Source: Octopus sinensis
Taxonomy: Eukaryota
DNA length: 64,000 nucleotides
Assembly: GCF_006345805.1 (NCBI RefSeq)
Contig: NC_043009.1
Coordinates: 42,656,001-42,720,000, forward strand
Direction: 5' to 3'
In this document: piece by piece, positions 1-12,053 of the stretch
How positions within the stretch are numbered: position 1 is the stretch's first letter
Layout: every line of letters begins with the position of its first letter
The notes under the pieces: model-generated
Seen by the model: the letters and a program-made list of their open reading frames with translations, nothing else
Database searches by the model: none
What the model was told of the DNA's origin: nothing
Translations under genes and position numbers: made by a program

Positions 1-44
1 CGCAGTCAAAATGACTGAAACAAGTAAAAGAGTAAAGAGTAGAG
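1..44 (+). mobile_element. 3' end of SINE family A (truncated by window edge)
   Basis: cgcagtcaaaatgactgaaacaagtaaaagag matches the 3' end of full copies at 17833 and 20953. Confidence 0.8.
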
Positions 45-95
45 TATATATATATATATGTACATATATATATATATACATATATATATATACAC

Positions 96-146
<51 letters not shown>

Positions 147-149
<3 letters not shown>

Positions 150-530
150 GTGAGTGTGTGGTAAGAAGTTTGGTTTCCAACTTCTTGGTTCCAGATTTAG
201 TCCCACTGTGTGGCACCTTGGATATGTGTCTTCTACTATAGCCACAGGCCGACCAAAACCAGGAGAGTATATTTGATAGACAGAAGGTAAACAAACCCCA
301 TCATGTGTGTGCGTGTGTTTGTTCCCTACCACTACTTGACAGCTGGTTTTGATGTGTTTATGTTCCCATACCTTAGTGGTTCAGCAAAAGGACTGATAGA
401 GAGAATAAGTACTTAGCTTCAAAAAATATTTTTTAATCTATAGGGATCAATTCATTTGACTAGAATTCTTCTCAGTGGTGCACCAGCATGGCCATAGTCT
501 AATGCATGAAAGAGGTAAAAAATAAAAGAA
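147..530 (+). mobile_element. SINE family A, diverged full-length copy
   Basis: tRNA-like head (gtgtggtaag...), caccttgg-tgtcttctactatag core, family 3' tail; colinear with the 20953 copy. Confidence 0.8.
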
Positions 531-544
531 TATATATATACATC

Positions 545-589
<45 letters not shown>

Positions 590-599
<10 letters not shown>

Positions 600-720
600 C
601 CTGCTCGATTAGCCAGTGGGGTGGCGTCATTCAAAGCTAAAAAAAAACATGTGAACGCATTGTGATCAGCGATGTGTAACAACATCTGATGGTCTGGTCG
701 GTCACGTGATCACGTGATAT
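590..720 (+). mobile_element. Probable orphan SINE 3' tail ending in tcacgtgatcacgtga
   Basis: GC-richer island between (TA)n tracts; single copy in the window, so the family assignment is from recollection only. Confidence 0.35.
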
Positions 721-736
721 ATATATATATATATAT

Positions 737-920
737 GTGGAGGCACAATGGCCAAGTGGTTAGGGCAGCGGACTCGCGGTTGTAGGATAGCGGTTTTGAT
801 TCCCAGACCAGGCGTTGTGAGTGTTTATTGAGCGAAAACACCTAAAAGCTCCACGACGCTCCAGCTATAGTAGAAGACACTTGCCAAAGGTGCCATGCAG
901 TGGGACTGAACCCAGAACTC
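737..920 (+). mobile_element. SINE family C head (737-864) fused to an inverted family A fragment (865-920)
   Basis: A-box tggccaagtggtt, B-box-like ggttttgattccc; then ctatagtagaagacacttg...gggactgaaccc, the reverse complement of the family A core. Confidence 0.75.
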
Positions 921-1679
921 CTTCTATATATATATATGTGTGTGTATATATGTATGTTTGTATGTATGTATGTATATATAAAAATCTCATTTGCTGTTCT
1001 CTTTTTTACCTTTTTTGGTATGACATTCTGTGATTTGTATTATTTGGTAAAGCTTCAAAGTTAAGAAATTTTCAAGAATTACCACCTTCATAATTTTATT
1101 CCAAACACATAAGCTGTGAGAGTGAATTGAAACCAAATCAGTTTTTTTCATTGCCCTACAGCCCTCCAATCTTTATCTAGAGTGATTGCCATTGTATAAT
1201 TAATTAAGTGTTCTTTATTAATTTGCAGAACTGAGATCAAGTCACACTATGTTTCGAGACCATGATAAAACACAATCAATCTGGGAATCTTGTTTTAACT
1301 AATTCTAACACCACTGCATTGCAGAATAGCGATACCTAAAATTAAAAAAAAACCGCATCATCATCACTAGTAGCATCACTATCAGTATCATCATCATCAT
1401 CATCAGAGTAGTCATTATTATCATCATCCCTATCATCATGTTGATGGTGCCTATATTATCCCCCTCATCATCACTACCACCACCACCACCACCACCACCA
1501 CCACCATCATCCTCACCATCACCACCACTGTCAACATCACACTTTTATTTGAATTTTAAAAAATTTGTTATATATTTTTTCTTTTTTTTTCAGTAATTTT
1601 CATTTTCGTTGTAAAATTTAGCATTTTTGTTCAATTTCTAATTTAGTGTTGAATAAATCATTTTTAACTTTGTCATAAA

Positions 1680-1963
1680 TATCACACACACATACACAAA
1701 TACACACTCATATACACACATGCACATGTGTGCAGACACGCACACACATGCATGCATGCATATGCCAATGCATAGACATGCACAATCATGCAAATACACA
1801 TAGCAACATGCACACACACACACACACACAAATAAACATAAACACAAGCATATACTCACACTGACAACATAGTCCTTCTTACATTCACACACATACACTC
1901 TCACAGATTCACACACACTCACATGCATACATACATATACACACATCCACACATCCACACACT

Positions 1964-2000
<37 letters not shown>

Positions 2001-3010
2001 TCATACATTCAAGCATGCACATCCACATACACACTCACAGACTCACATATACACATCCACACACACACATATTCATGCACATATACACACACATTCATGC
2101 ATTCATGCATGTACATCCACATACACACACACACACACACATATACACACATGCTCATACTTGTTCTCAAATTCACACACACACACACTCACACACACAC
2201 TCACAGACACTAACACAGACACACTCGCATACACACACATACACACACATACACAATCTCATTCTCACATTCACACATATACACTCTCACAGACACTTAC
2301 ACACACACACACACACTTGCACACGCATACATACACTCATAGATACACACAGCCATACACACACACACTCAAACACACATTCTGATACAAACACAAACTC
2401 ACTATACATGCACACACACACACATACATGCAAACATACATACACACACACACACACAATGACACACGGATACATACACAAATTCACCATACATACACAC
2501 ATATACACACATGCACATACTCATTCTCACATTCACACACATACACACTTACAGACACTCACACACACACTCACTCACATGCACTCACATACATACACAC
2601 ACAAACTCATCCACACACTGATACATACACAAACTCACCATACATGCACACATACACGCATACACACACACACACTGATACCCACACAAACACCATACAT
2701 GCACACACGCCTGCACATGCACACACACACTGATGCAAACACAAACACCATACATGCACACGCACAGACACTCACACACACACACATGCACCCACATACA
2801 CACACACACTCACACATGCACGCACACACACACACACACAGATACACATACATTCACATACAAACATGCACATACACACACACACTCACACATGCACGCA
2901 CACACACACACACACACAGATACACATACATTCACATACAAACATGCACATACACACACACACCAACACATTAATTCAACAATATAGACAAATACACACA
3001 CACACACACA
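1680..3010. repeat. Degenerate (CA)n low-complexity tract with embedded minisatellite units
   Basis: CA-rich; ~55-70 nt unit (cacactgata...caccatacatgcac) three times at ~2602-2760; ~76 nt unit twice at ~2814-2960. Confidence 0.9.
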
Positions 3011-3049
3011 CTCTATTTCTGATCCCTTCCATTCATAGTATGAACACAA

Positions 3050-3436
3050 GTGACAACCACTACCACAGCCACTGCCCATACCACCACCACCAACAACAAC
3101 AACAATAACACTGCTACAGCCATCAGTGCCACCACCACCACCACCACCAGTGCCACCACCAACACCACCAGTGTCACCACCACCACCACCACAACCAACA
3201 CCACCAGTGTCACCACCACCACCACCACCACCATCAGTGCCACTGCCACCTCCATCATCACTCATTTGTATCACCAACACTATAACCACTACTACTACCA
3301 CCACCACCACCACCACCACCACCACGATCGATACTAATATTCTTAATACGAATTTATCAATATTACCACTATCACCACCACCACCACCACCACCACCACC
3401 ACCACCACCACCACTACCACCACCACCACCACCACC

Positions 3437-3494
<58 letters not shown>

Positions 3495-3520
3495 ATAATA
3501 ATAATAATAATAATAATAAT
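3050..3520. repeat. Compound (ACC)n/(ACT)n/(AAT)n microsatellite
   Basis: Directly visible; source of the poly-P/T/H/V/L ORFs. Confidence 0.95.
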
Positions 3521-4241
3521 GGCTTCAAATTTTGGCCCATGGTCAGCATGTTCAAAAGAGGTGGTAAGTTGATTACAGCAACCCCAGTACTCAACTGGTG
3601 CTTATTTAATCAATTCTGAAAGGATGAAAGACAAAGTCAACCTTGGCAGAATTTGAACTCAGAATGTAAAGACAGACGAAATGCTGTCAAGCATTTTCCC
3701 CATGGTGCTAACAAATCTTCCAGCTTGCCACCTTAATATTAATAATAATAATAATAATAATCTTTTCTACTAAAGGCACGAGGCCTGAAATTTGGAGGGA
3801 GGAGACTAGTTGATTATGTTAGCCCCAGTGTTTCACTGGTATTATTTAGTTTATCAACCACAAAAGGATGAAAGGCAAAATCAACCTTGGGGGAATTTGA
3901 ACTCAGAATGTAAAGACAGATGAAATGCCACTAAGCATTTTGCCTGATGTTTTAACGATTCTGCCAGCTCACCATAGCAATAATAATAATATAATAATAA
4001 TAATAATAATAATAATGATAATAATAATAATTTCAAATTTCACCACAATGGCAGCAGCTTGGGGTGAGGTGACAAATCAATTACATCGAACCCCCCAGTG
4101 CATAACTAGTACTTATTTTATTGACCCCGAAAGGATGAAAGGCAAAGTTGACCCTGGTGGAATTTGAACCCAGAACGTAGCAGGAGACAAAATAACGCTA
4201 AGCATTTCACCCAGTGTGCTAACAATTCTGCCAGCTCACCA
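3521..4241 (-). mobile_element. Three tandem SINE family B copies (3521-3734, 3761-3975, 4031-4241) separated by (TAA)n
   Basis: Each carries gaaaggatgaaaggcaaagt...gaatttgaactcagaa...ctgccagctc, the reverse complement of a head with A-box tggcagaatcgtt and B-box gagttcaaattcc. Confidence 0.9.
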
Positions 4242-4262
4242 TAATAATAATAATAATAATAA

Positions 4263-4885
4263 TGATAACCATTACAAGTTGTGGCAATATGGCCAGGTAG
4301 CGAAAGTGCTACATTGGAAACTGGGCGAAAAGTGGGGGCTAGAGAGAGGCAAGATATGGTATGAACACAAACTGCAGAGAGTGGCAGAGTTGGAGACTAT
4401 CAAAATCCTCTGGGATTTCCTGATCCAAACAGATCAGGTACTAGAGCATAAAAGACTGGACCTAGTGGTGGGGGACAAGGTGCACCACATATGCTATACA
4501 GTTGATGTTGCATGCCTCTTTGACCCATGAATAGTCAAGAAGAAAAGCAAAAAGATAGATTGATAAAACCCTCTTAAGTACGAAATAGACCGGCTATGGA
4601 AAATGAAGAAGGTGAAGATAGTGCCAATTATTGTTGGGTCCTTGGGAACAGTATCAGGAGGTATCAAGAGGAATATAAAGGAAATTGGAATAGAGGGCCC
4701 AGTAGAACTGTTACAAAAGTTTGGCCTCCTTGGCACAGCCAGAATAATCAGAAAAGTATTAGATAACTGAAAAGAAAGGATAGCATGGTACCGTAGGGCT
4801 GCAGGTAGTAAGCCCGCTACGCATGCAAGACTCCAGGAGCTCCAACAAAACCTGTGATAAAGATAAATAATAATAATAATAATAA
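4263..4885 (+). mobile_element. 5'-truncated non-LTR retrotransposon with restriction-like endonuclease (R4/Dong-like), 3' end plus (TAA)n tail
   Basis: VAKVLHWKL..WYEH..KILWDFLIQTD..HKRLDLVV.DK..C..VDVA; in-frame past stops to VPIIVGSLGT..LQKFGLLGTARIIRKVL*, stop at 4768-4770; (TAA)n on both flanks. Confidence 0.85.
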
Positions 4886-5077
4886 TCCTTTCTACTAGAG
4901 GCACAAATCCTGGAATTTTGAAGGAGGGAACGACTTGATTACGTTGACCCCAGTGTTTTGCTGGTACTTAATTTATCGACCACAAAAGGATGAAAGGCAA
5001 AGTCGACCTTGGCAGAATTTGAACTCAGAATGTATAGGCAGATAAAATACCGCTAAACATTTTGCCTGGTGTGCCAA
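4886..5077 (-). mobile_element. SINE family B copy
   Basis: Same core as the 3521 array; tail variant cctttctactagaggcac. Confidence 0.85.
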
Positions 5078-6151
5078 GTGGTAGTAATACTAATACTAAT
5101 ACCACTACAAATACTATTATTGTTAATAGCATTTCATCAATATTATCATCATGACTACCATCACTATCACCACCACCACCACCACCACCACCACTACCAC
5201 CACCACCACCACAACCACAACCACTACAAGCAACATCACCTCTACCACTACCACCATCACTACCACTACCACTGCACAACCATTAACACAACTAACACCA
5301 CCATCACTACCACCACCACTACCACCACTACCACAGCCACAAGACCATTAACACAACTACCACCACACTACCACTACTACCACACAACCACCACCACCAA
5401 CGCCACTACATACCATTATACAAACTACACAATGTAAGTTCCTCAAAATTAATATATCAAATTAATAAATGCTGAAGTCCCAAATTCCTGCAATAAACTG
5501 ACATTAACAACAACAATAACAAAAACAACAACAGAATACAAAACAGCAATTATATTGACAATGACACCACCAAGAACAATGATAAACAAATAAAAAGCAT
5601 ATATTCACTGATATTCAGATATGTGTGTGTGTGTGTGGGTGTATGTATATATATATGTACATATAATATATATACATATATGTGTGTGTATATGTATATA
5701 TATATAATATATATATACATGCATATATATATATACATACATACATACATATTTATATATATACATGCACACACATACATACACAGTACTTATGGTACAA
5801 AATCACATATATGCAAATGTATGTATATATACACACATATAAGTTCATACATGGATGCACATGTATACACATATACAATATACATGCATTCAGGAATACA
5901 CACAGATTCAGACATACACACACACACCTGTATGCACATGTACATACATACGCATGTACAGTACACATCTACATGCATGCACAAACACACACACACATGA
6001 ACATACATACATACATACATACATACATACATACATACATAGTGAACTTCTCAATTGCGTGGTTTCGGGTTCAATCTTACCATGAAGCAGCCTGGCCAAA
6101 TGTCTTACGTCTTATGAGTGGATTTTGGTTAGCAGAAACTGAAAGAAGCTA

Positions 6152-6645
6152 TGGCCAAGCCTGTTCTTTCTTTCTTGGTCTGGCCATTGTCAGTGCAACA
6201 TCAATATTCCTCCCTGTGTTGGTGAAATCTTGTATCCCTGCCATAAGGCTTCATTTCCACACACGCCAGCTGAATTTAATTCGTCCTTAGTCGAAAGACC
6301 CCTGTTGTTATGTCCTGTTTATTTTATTGTATTTGTGTAACATTATCCATTTTTTCCGTTTTTGTTTTTGTATACATTCACTGCTTTCTTCCAAGGAATC
6401 TAATGCTCTTAGCTTAGTTTTTCCTCGGGGCTGGCCAGATTGAAGCAATCACAAGTATAATCAGCGGAAATTGCGAAGATAATCTGATACTCGACTGAAG
6501 AAAGTAAACTTTGAATGACCCATCCTTGTTTTCTTTGTATTGTCTATCTGGATGTTTTGTTGTCCCATTTTTATATCACTTAACTGTCCAGATGTTTTGC
6601 ATCATTGTCCCTTTTATTTTTTATATATATACATATATATATATA
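6152..6645 (+). repeat. Dispersed ~480-bp repeat (second copy at 22950-23405, minus strand), possibly a Penelope-type terminal repeat
   Basis: Shared blocks ccctgccataaggcttca, atttaattcgtccttagtcgaaagac, ttcttccaaggaatcta, ggggctggccagatt, gataatctg..ctcgactga. Confidence 0.75.
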
Positions 6646-6755
6646 CATGTAGTTAATCCTAAAAAACAAGGAAAAATGCAACAAGAAAAAACAACAATGT
6701 GAGAACATGGTACATGCAAAGTATCAGCAGACGTTCAGGGAAGGAAAGAAAAGTA

Positions 6756-6790
6756 GTTTTATGTTTCTAGCAAAGCTCTTCATCAGAAAC
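6756..6790 (-). ncRNA. Degenerate minimal type I hammerhead ribozyme motif in a Penelope-type terminal remnant (~6660-6835)
   Basis: Minus strand: GUUU CUGAUGA A GAGC UUU GCUA GAAAC AUA AAAC; stem I GUUU/AAAC; mismatches at the stem II closing pair and in stem III. Confidence 0.6.
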
Positions 6791-7142
6791 AGAAGACAGA
6801 GGGAAGTCCAAGAGAAAAGAAGACAGAGGAAAAAATATATATCAGAGATGTGTGACCTAGGTAGACAAGGTAGGCAGTGCCTGCCTTGAATAAAATATAT
6901 TGATAGCAACATTCTCCTCTCGTGGAAAAATATGCACCTAATTCAATAAAATTAGGTGCACCAGGTTAGTCTGATTACAATGCATAAAATGCAAAATATT
7001 TTCTTTTCTTGTAGATTGGGTAGCATAATTCGACCCTGCTTTCCAATCTCAGTATTTAAGCTATGCATAGTACTTCTGTAGAAAATTTGGTTTAAATGTT
7101 TGACAACTCAGCACTGTCCATTGGACAGGGGGCGTTTTGCTC

Positions 7143-7193
<51 letters not shown>

Positions 7194-7196
<3 letters not shown>

Positions 7197-8248
7197 TACT
7201 GTGCAAAAGTTTTCAGCCACTTTAAACTATTGTAAACTTCTACTAATTGCCAAAGTGGATGTTTTGCTTTGCGTTTTTTACAAGATGAAACATTGGCCCT
7301 GTTGGAGTCATTTCTATACTTAATCATTATATTTTGCAGTAGGGGTTCTGAATGAGAGAGGAAGATGCAAGACGACCACCCCCAAACTTCACTGTTTTCC
7401 TCATGTAACATGAGTCATTTTGCTTTCCTGGAGGCATTCTGACAAATTCTCACTTATTAGAAAGTGAAACAACCCATGTTACACGACAAAAGTAGTGAAG
7501 CTTGGGGGTAAGAGTCTGATGCTTTGAGGATACATAAAATGTGATGGTTCAAGAGCATTGGTTAAAATAAACAGTAACTTCAATAGTACCAAATACATCC
7601 AGTTGCTGAAGGACAATTTGATAGCAGACTTAGACGAAGGTGAGACTTCTCAGCACGATAGAGCTCCATGTCACCGATCAAGAGCAACACAACAGAGTCT
7701 GGCTGATGAAGATGTTACTGTATTGAAGGATTGGCCAGCTCAGAGCCATGACTTAAATATAATCAAGCAAATGCGGACAGAACTAAAAAGGAGAGTTCAT
7801 CAGAAGAATCCACACAATCTTGAAGGGTTCTGGAAGCTCAGCCACAAAGAATGGTATCTCATACCTGTGAAGATGATGAAGGATTTGTACACATCTCTTC
7901 CCTGATGCATTGAGGTAATTATCCAAGGTAAGAGAAGCCACACGACATATTAACAATCTACAGTAAATGCTTGAAATAAACATTATGTTATAAATTTTCA
8001 TTATAGACATTTTTCTGTTTTTAAAACACTGTATCTTGATTGGTTCATGTGAGGTAGCCCAAAACTTTAGCATGGTCGTTTTGCATTTTCCTCTCTCATT
8101 CAGAACCCCTACTACAAAATATAATGATTAGGTACGGAAATGATTCCAACAAGGCCAATGTTTCATCTGTAAAACATTCGCTTATAAGTTGGCAATTAAT
8201 AGAAATTTACAGTAGTTTAAAGTGGCCAAGGTCTTTTGCCTGGTACTC
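7194..8248 (+). mobile_element. Internally deleted Tc1-like transposon with ~190-bp imperfect TIRs
   Basis: Left cagtactgtgcaaaag..ccactttaaact..gatgaaacattggcc..ttctgaatgagagagg mirrored at ~8065-8248; ORF 7558-7905 with QHDRAPCH and WPAQSHDLNII; TA at left end. Confidence 0.9.
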
Positions 8249-8319
8249 TGTGTGTGTGTATGTGTGTGTATATATATATATATATATATAATATATATAT
8301 ATATAAAAAATAAATATAA

Positions 8320-8568
8320 ATGCGTCCTTTTCAAGCCTAGCCAGGCTCATGGGCCCGTTTTCCTGGTTTCTATGGTGTATGCATTCCCCAGCTGGACGGG
8401 ACGCCAGTCCATCGCAACGTTACTCATTTTTGCCAGCTGAGTGGACTGGAGCAACGGGAAATGAAGTGTTTTGCTCAAGAACACAACGCGTCGCCCGGTC
8501 CAGGAATCGAAACCACAATCTTACGATCATGATGCTGACACCCTAACCACTAAGCCACGCGCCTCCAC
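8320..8568 (-). mobile_element. SINE family D (head D + tail Y)
   Basis: Minus strand: gtggaggcgcgtggcttagtggttaggg..gtttcgattcctgg..ccactcagctggcaaaaatgagt, then cccatgagcctggctaggcttgaaaagg. Confidence 0.85.
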
Positions 8569-8695
8569 ACATATATATATTTATTTGGTTAATGTCAGAT
8601 GGAAGAATTTTTATTACTCAGTACAGAGCAAACACTATGAAAGTGATCATGCTTTACCGGTAAGTGACCAGGTATAAACTATTTGTTTTATCATC

Positions 8696-8771
<76 letters not shown>

Positions 8772-8774
8772 TAT

Positions 8775-9405
8775 ATTTAAACACCTTGGGCAAGTGTCTT
8801 CAACTGTAGCCTCAGGCAAATCAAAGCCTTGTGAATAGATTTGGTTGCCGGAAACTGAGAGAAACCTGTCAGAGTAATGAGTCACAGATGAAGATTAATT
8901 AAATCTGAAATCAGCACTGATATGATTCCATCTCATTTGCCATAGGGAGGGTGCCTGCCTCCCTTGCCAGACATTAGAAATGTGCTCTCATGTGGCTAAG
9001 AGTTTTTTTACTGTTATTTCTAGCAATGCTGGTGCTTGCTAGCAGCCTCAGTCACTTTAGTGACAACTATACTTGTAAGCTTTCAGTTGCAAATTGCGAA
9101 TAGCCACCTTAATAATTTATATATATATATATATATATATAAAGAGAGAGAGAGAGAGATAGACATGTGTGTGTGTTTGTGAGAGTGCATGTATAGGAGT
9201 GTTTTTTTGATTGTTTGTCTTCCACTGTCACTTGATAACTGGAGTTGGTCACTGTGACTTAGCAATTTGGCAATAAAGATTGATAGAATAAATACTAGGC
9301 TTGACAAAATAAGTATTGGAGTTGATACATTCAACCAAAAATTCTTTAAGGCAGTGGCCCCAATCTGGCCACAATTTAATGACCAAAACAAGCAAAAGAT
9401 AAAAT
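8775..9405 (+). mobile_element. SINE family A fragments (5' core ~8775-8870; 3' part ~9190-9405)
   Basis: caccttgggcaagtgtcttc; gacttagcaatttggcaataaag..aaataagta. Confidence 0.6.
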
Positions 9406-9539
9406 AAATATATATATATTGAAAAATATTAGCCAAAACTTAACCATTTCTAACATTATATTCTATCAGAACCAAATCATGTTAAATTAACAAAACCTAA
9501 TCATTCCCAACATTTTTTTATTATATCCCTTATACTGAA

Positions 9540-9700
9540 AAAATCAAACCCTGGTTACCTCCCCCTGTTTCGAACTCTTCTACATCACACCATAATGAAT
9601 CGGTAAAGAAATTTGAGAAATTTGAAAAGAAAATGCGAAACTGGTTATTTCTCAAAAAAACTATGTCACTATACCCAAAATTTTATAACATTTTCCTAAC
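9540..9700 (+). mobile_element. Possible LINE ORF2 C-terminal relic (CR1/L2-like)
   Basis: Translates IKPWLPPPVSNSS..KKFEKFEKKMRNWLFLK, resembling the W..LP....FK..LK.WL end of such ORF2s. Confidence 0.3.
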
Positions 9701-10567
9701 ATGACGATTTTAATATAATTTTTAACCATATAATACAAATCTCCTGTAGTTTTTTCATTCTGTTTTGTTTCTTATATATCCAACAACATGCTTTCACATA
9801 CCAACTCTCTCACCTCTCTCTCTCTATATATATATATATATGTACATATTTACTTATACAAACCCTAATATGCTTATAACATTCAATAATATATATTATG
9901 ATATACAATACTATGACATATATATATATATATAGTATTATATGTAATATCAAACAAATAACATCTTTTATAATCAACCACAACAGTTACAACACACCAG
10001 TACTGCTGTAAACTCCAACACCATCCCTAAACAAAACCAGAAATAGCAGCCACACACACCCTCGCCAAGGACTATCAATACTGCATTGTAGACTTACTTT
10101 CTAAAATATTCTTTCTCCCTTCTATCTAATCCTTTACTTCGTTTCTTTCTTTCTTTTCATTTTTACACTTGTTTTTGTTTTCTTTTTCTTCTTTCTTTCT
10201 CTCTTCCTTTCTTACCATATCCTTTCTTCATTTCATGCAAGCATTCTCTTTCCATTCTTCTTTACATTTTGCCAGTTTCTTCCTTTTATTATTACATTTT
10301 TCCTTTATATTTTTTTTTCTTAAAAATTAAGAATCAAATTAAATTTCTTCATTTAAAAGACAACATTAACAACAACAAAAACAACACCAAGAGAAATAAA
10401 TAAATGTGTGTAACAGGGCTTTTGTAATGATTTCTTCATGTGGACCGTTTCCATAGAAGTGTTAAAATAACTTAATGCTTGAATGGGGTGGGCTAAAATT
10501 AAGATAATTTCCACCTCTCACACTCCTAATGCCTTTTTATTTATTACTTTCATTGATTTATTTTTCC

Positions 10568-10653
<86 letters not shown>

Positions 10654-10658
10654 ATATT

Positions 10659-10872
10659 AAGGCAGCAAGCTGGCAGAATCATTAGCATGCTGGACAAAAT
10701 GCTGCTAAGTATTTCGTCCAACTTTAAGCTCTGAGTTCAAATTCCACCAAGGTCGACTTCGGTTTTCATCATTTCGGGTCGATAAATTAAGTACCAATCA
10801 AGCACTGAGGTGGATATAATTGACTAGCCACCTCCCTCAGAATTTCAGATCTTGTACCTATAATAGAAAAGA
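10659..10872 (+). mobile_element. SINE family B copy after (ATT)n(AGT)n
   Basis: aaggcagcaagctggcagaatcattagc..gagttcaaattcc..tail gtacctataatagaaaag. Confidence 0.85.
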
Positions 10873-10879
10873 TTATCAT

Positions 10880-11165
10880 TATTAGAAAAGTTAGGCATAA
10901 GAGGAATCAGATGTGGTGCGCAACACAAATGACTGCGCTGATATGGTCATGTGATGCGTTTGGACGAGAACAGCTGTGTAAAGAAGTGATGATCTCTAAC
11001 TGTAGAGAGAACCTGTGGTAGAGGTAGACCCAGGAAGACATGAGACGAGGTAGTGAAGCACGATCTTCAAACTTTGAGCCTCACAGAGGCAATGACTGGT
11101 GACCGAGACCTTTGGCGACGCGCTGTGCTTGAGAGGACCCGTCAAGCCAAGTGTACCCTTGCTGA
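10880..11165 (+). mobile_element. RTE-clade LINE 3' ORF fragment
   Basis: LGIRGIRC..LR*YGHVMRLDENSCVKK..CGRGRPRKT*DEVVKHDLQTL..DRDLWRRAV. Confidence 0.85.
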
Positions 11166-11217
11166 AGGCACATAAAGAACATCTTTTGAATATTGGGCCT
11201 GACGGAGGCAAAGTGTG

Positions 11218-11580
11218 TGAGGAGGTGCAATGGCCCAGTGGTTAGGGCAGTGGACTCACAATCATAGGATTTTGGTCTTGATTCCTGGACTGGGCATTGT
11301 GAGTGTTTATTGAGTGAAAACACCTAAAGCTCCACGAGGCTCCGGCGGGGAGTGGGGGAGGAACCTGCTGTATTCTTTCACCACACTTTCTCTCCCTCTT
11401 TCTTCCTGTTTCTGTTGTACCTGTATTTCAAAGGGCCAGCCTTGTCACACTCTGTGTCATGCTGAATCTTCCCGAGAACTACATTAAGAGTACATGTGTC
11501 TGTGGAGTGCTCAGCCACTTACACATGAATTTCAAAAGCAGGCTGTTCTGTTGATTGGCTCAGCTATGACCCTTATTGTC
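11218..11580 (+). mobile_element. SINE family C (head C + tail X)
   Basis: tggcccagtggttagggcag head; tail tgtatttcaaagggccagccttgtcac..gtggagtgctcagccact. Confidence 0.85.
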
Positions 11581-11656
11581 ATATCCTAAGGAATATCACA
11601 ACTGGATATATATATGTATATATATATGTGTGTATACATATATATATATATATATA

Positions 11657-11980
11657 CGAGGGGCTCCTTTCAGTTTCCATCTAACAAGTCCACTCATAAG
11701 TTTTTGGTCGGCTCAAGGCTATAGTAGAAGAGACTGCCCAAGGTGCCATGCAGTGGGATTGATTCCGGAACCATGTGGTTGGTAAGCAAGCTACTTACCA
11801 CACAACCACTCCTGCACATATACATTGGAAACCATTTGTAAAATTAATTTTCAAAAATACCTTTCTCTGATTGTAGACATACATCTATATAGCAATATTA
11901 ACAATATTAAAAATATGGATTACTATGAATTTGCAATAGCATTGCTTTTAATTCTTTAACGTATGTATGTATGTATGTAC

Positions 11981-12011
<31 letters not shown>

Positions 12012-12021
12012 TGTATGTATG

Positions 12022-12053
<32 letters not shown>

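Noticed and set aside
990-1345. Possible MITE remnant
   Set aside because: Only one degenerate end is visible and there is no second copy in the window.
1638-3594. Long ORFs (up to 319 aa) rich in H/T, C/V, poly-P, poly-V
   Set aside because: Translations of (CA)n and (ACC)n repeats, open in several frames on both strands, with no domain content.
3521-5077. Repeat-spacer look (CRISPR-like) of the SINE arrays
   Set aside because: Units are ~210 nt and diverged, spacers are microsatellites, no cas genes, eukaryotic context.
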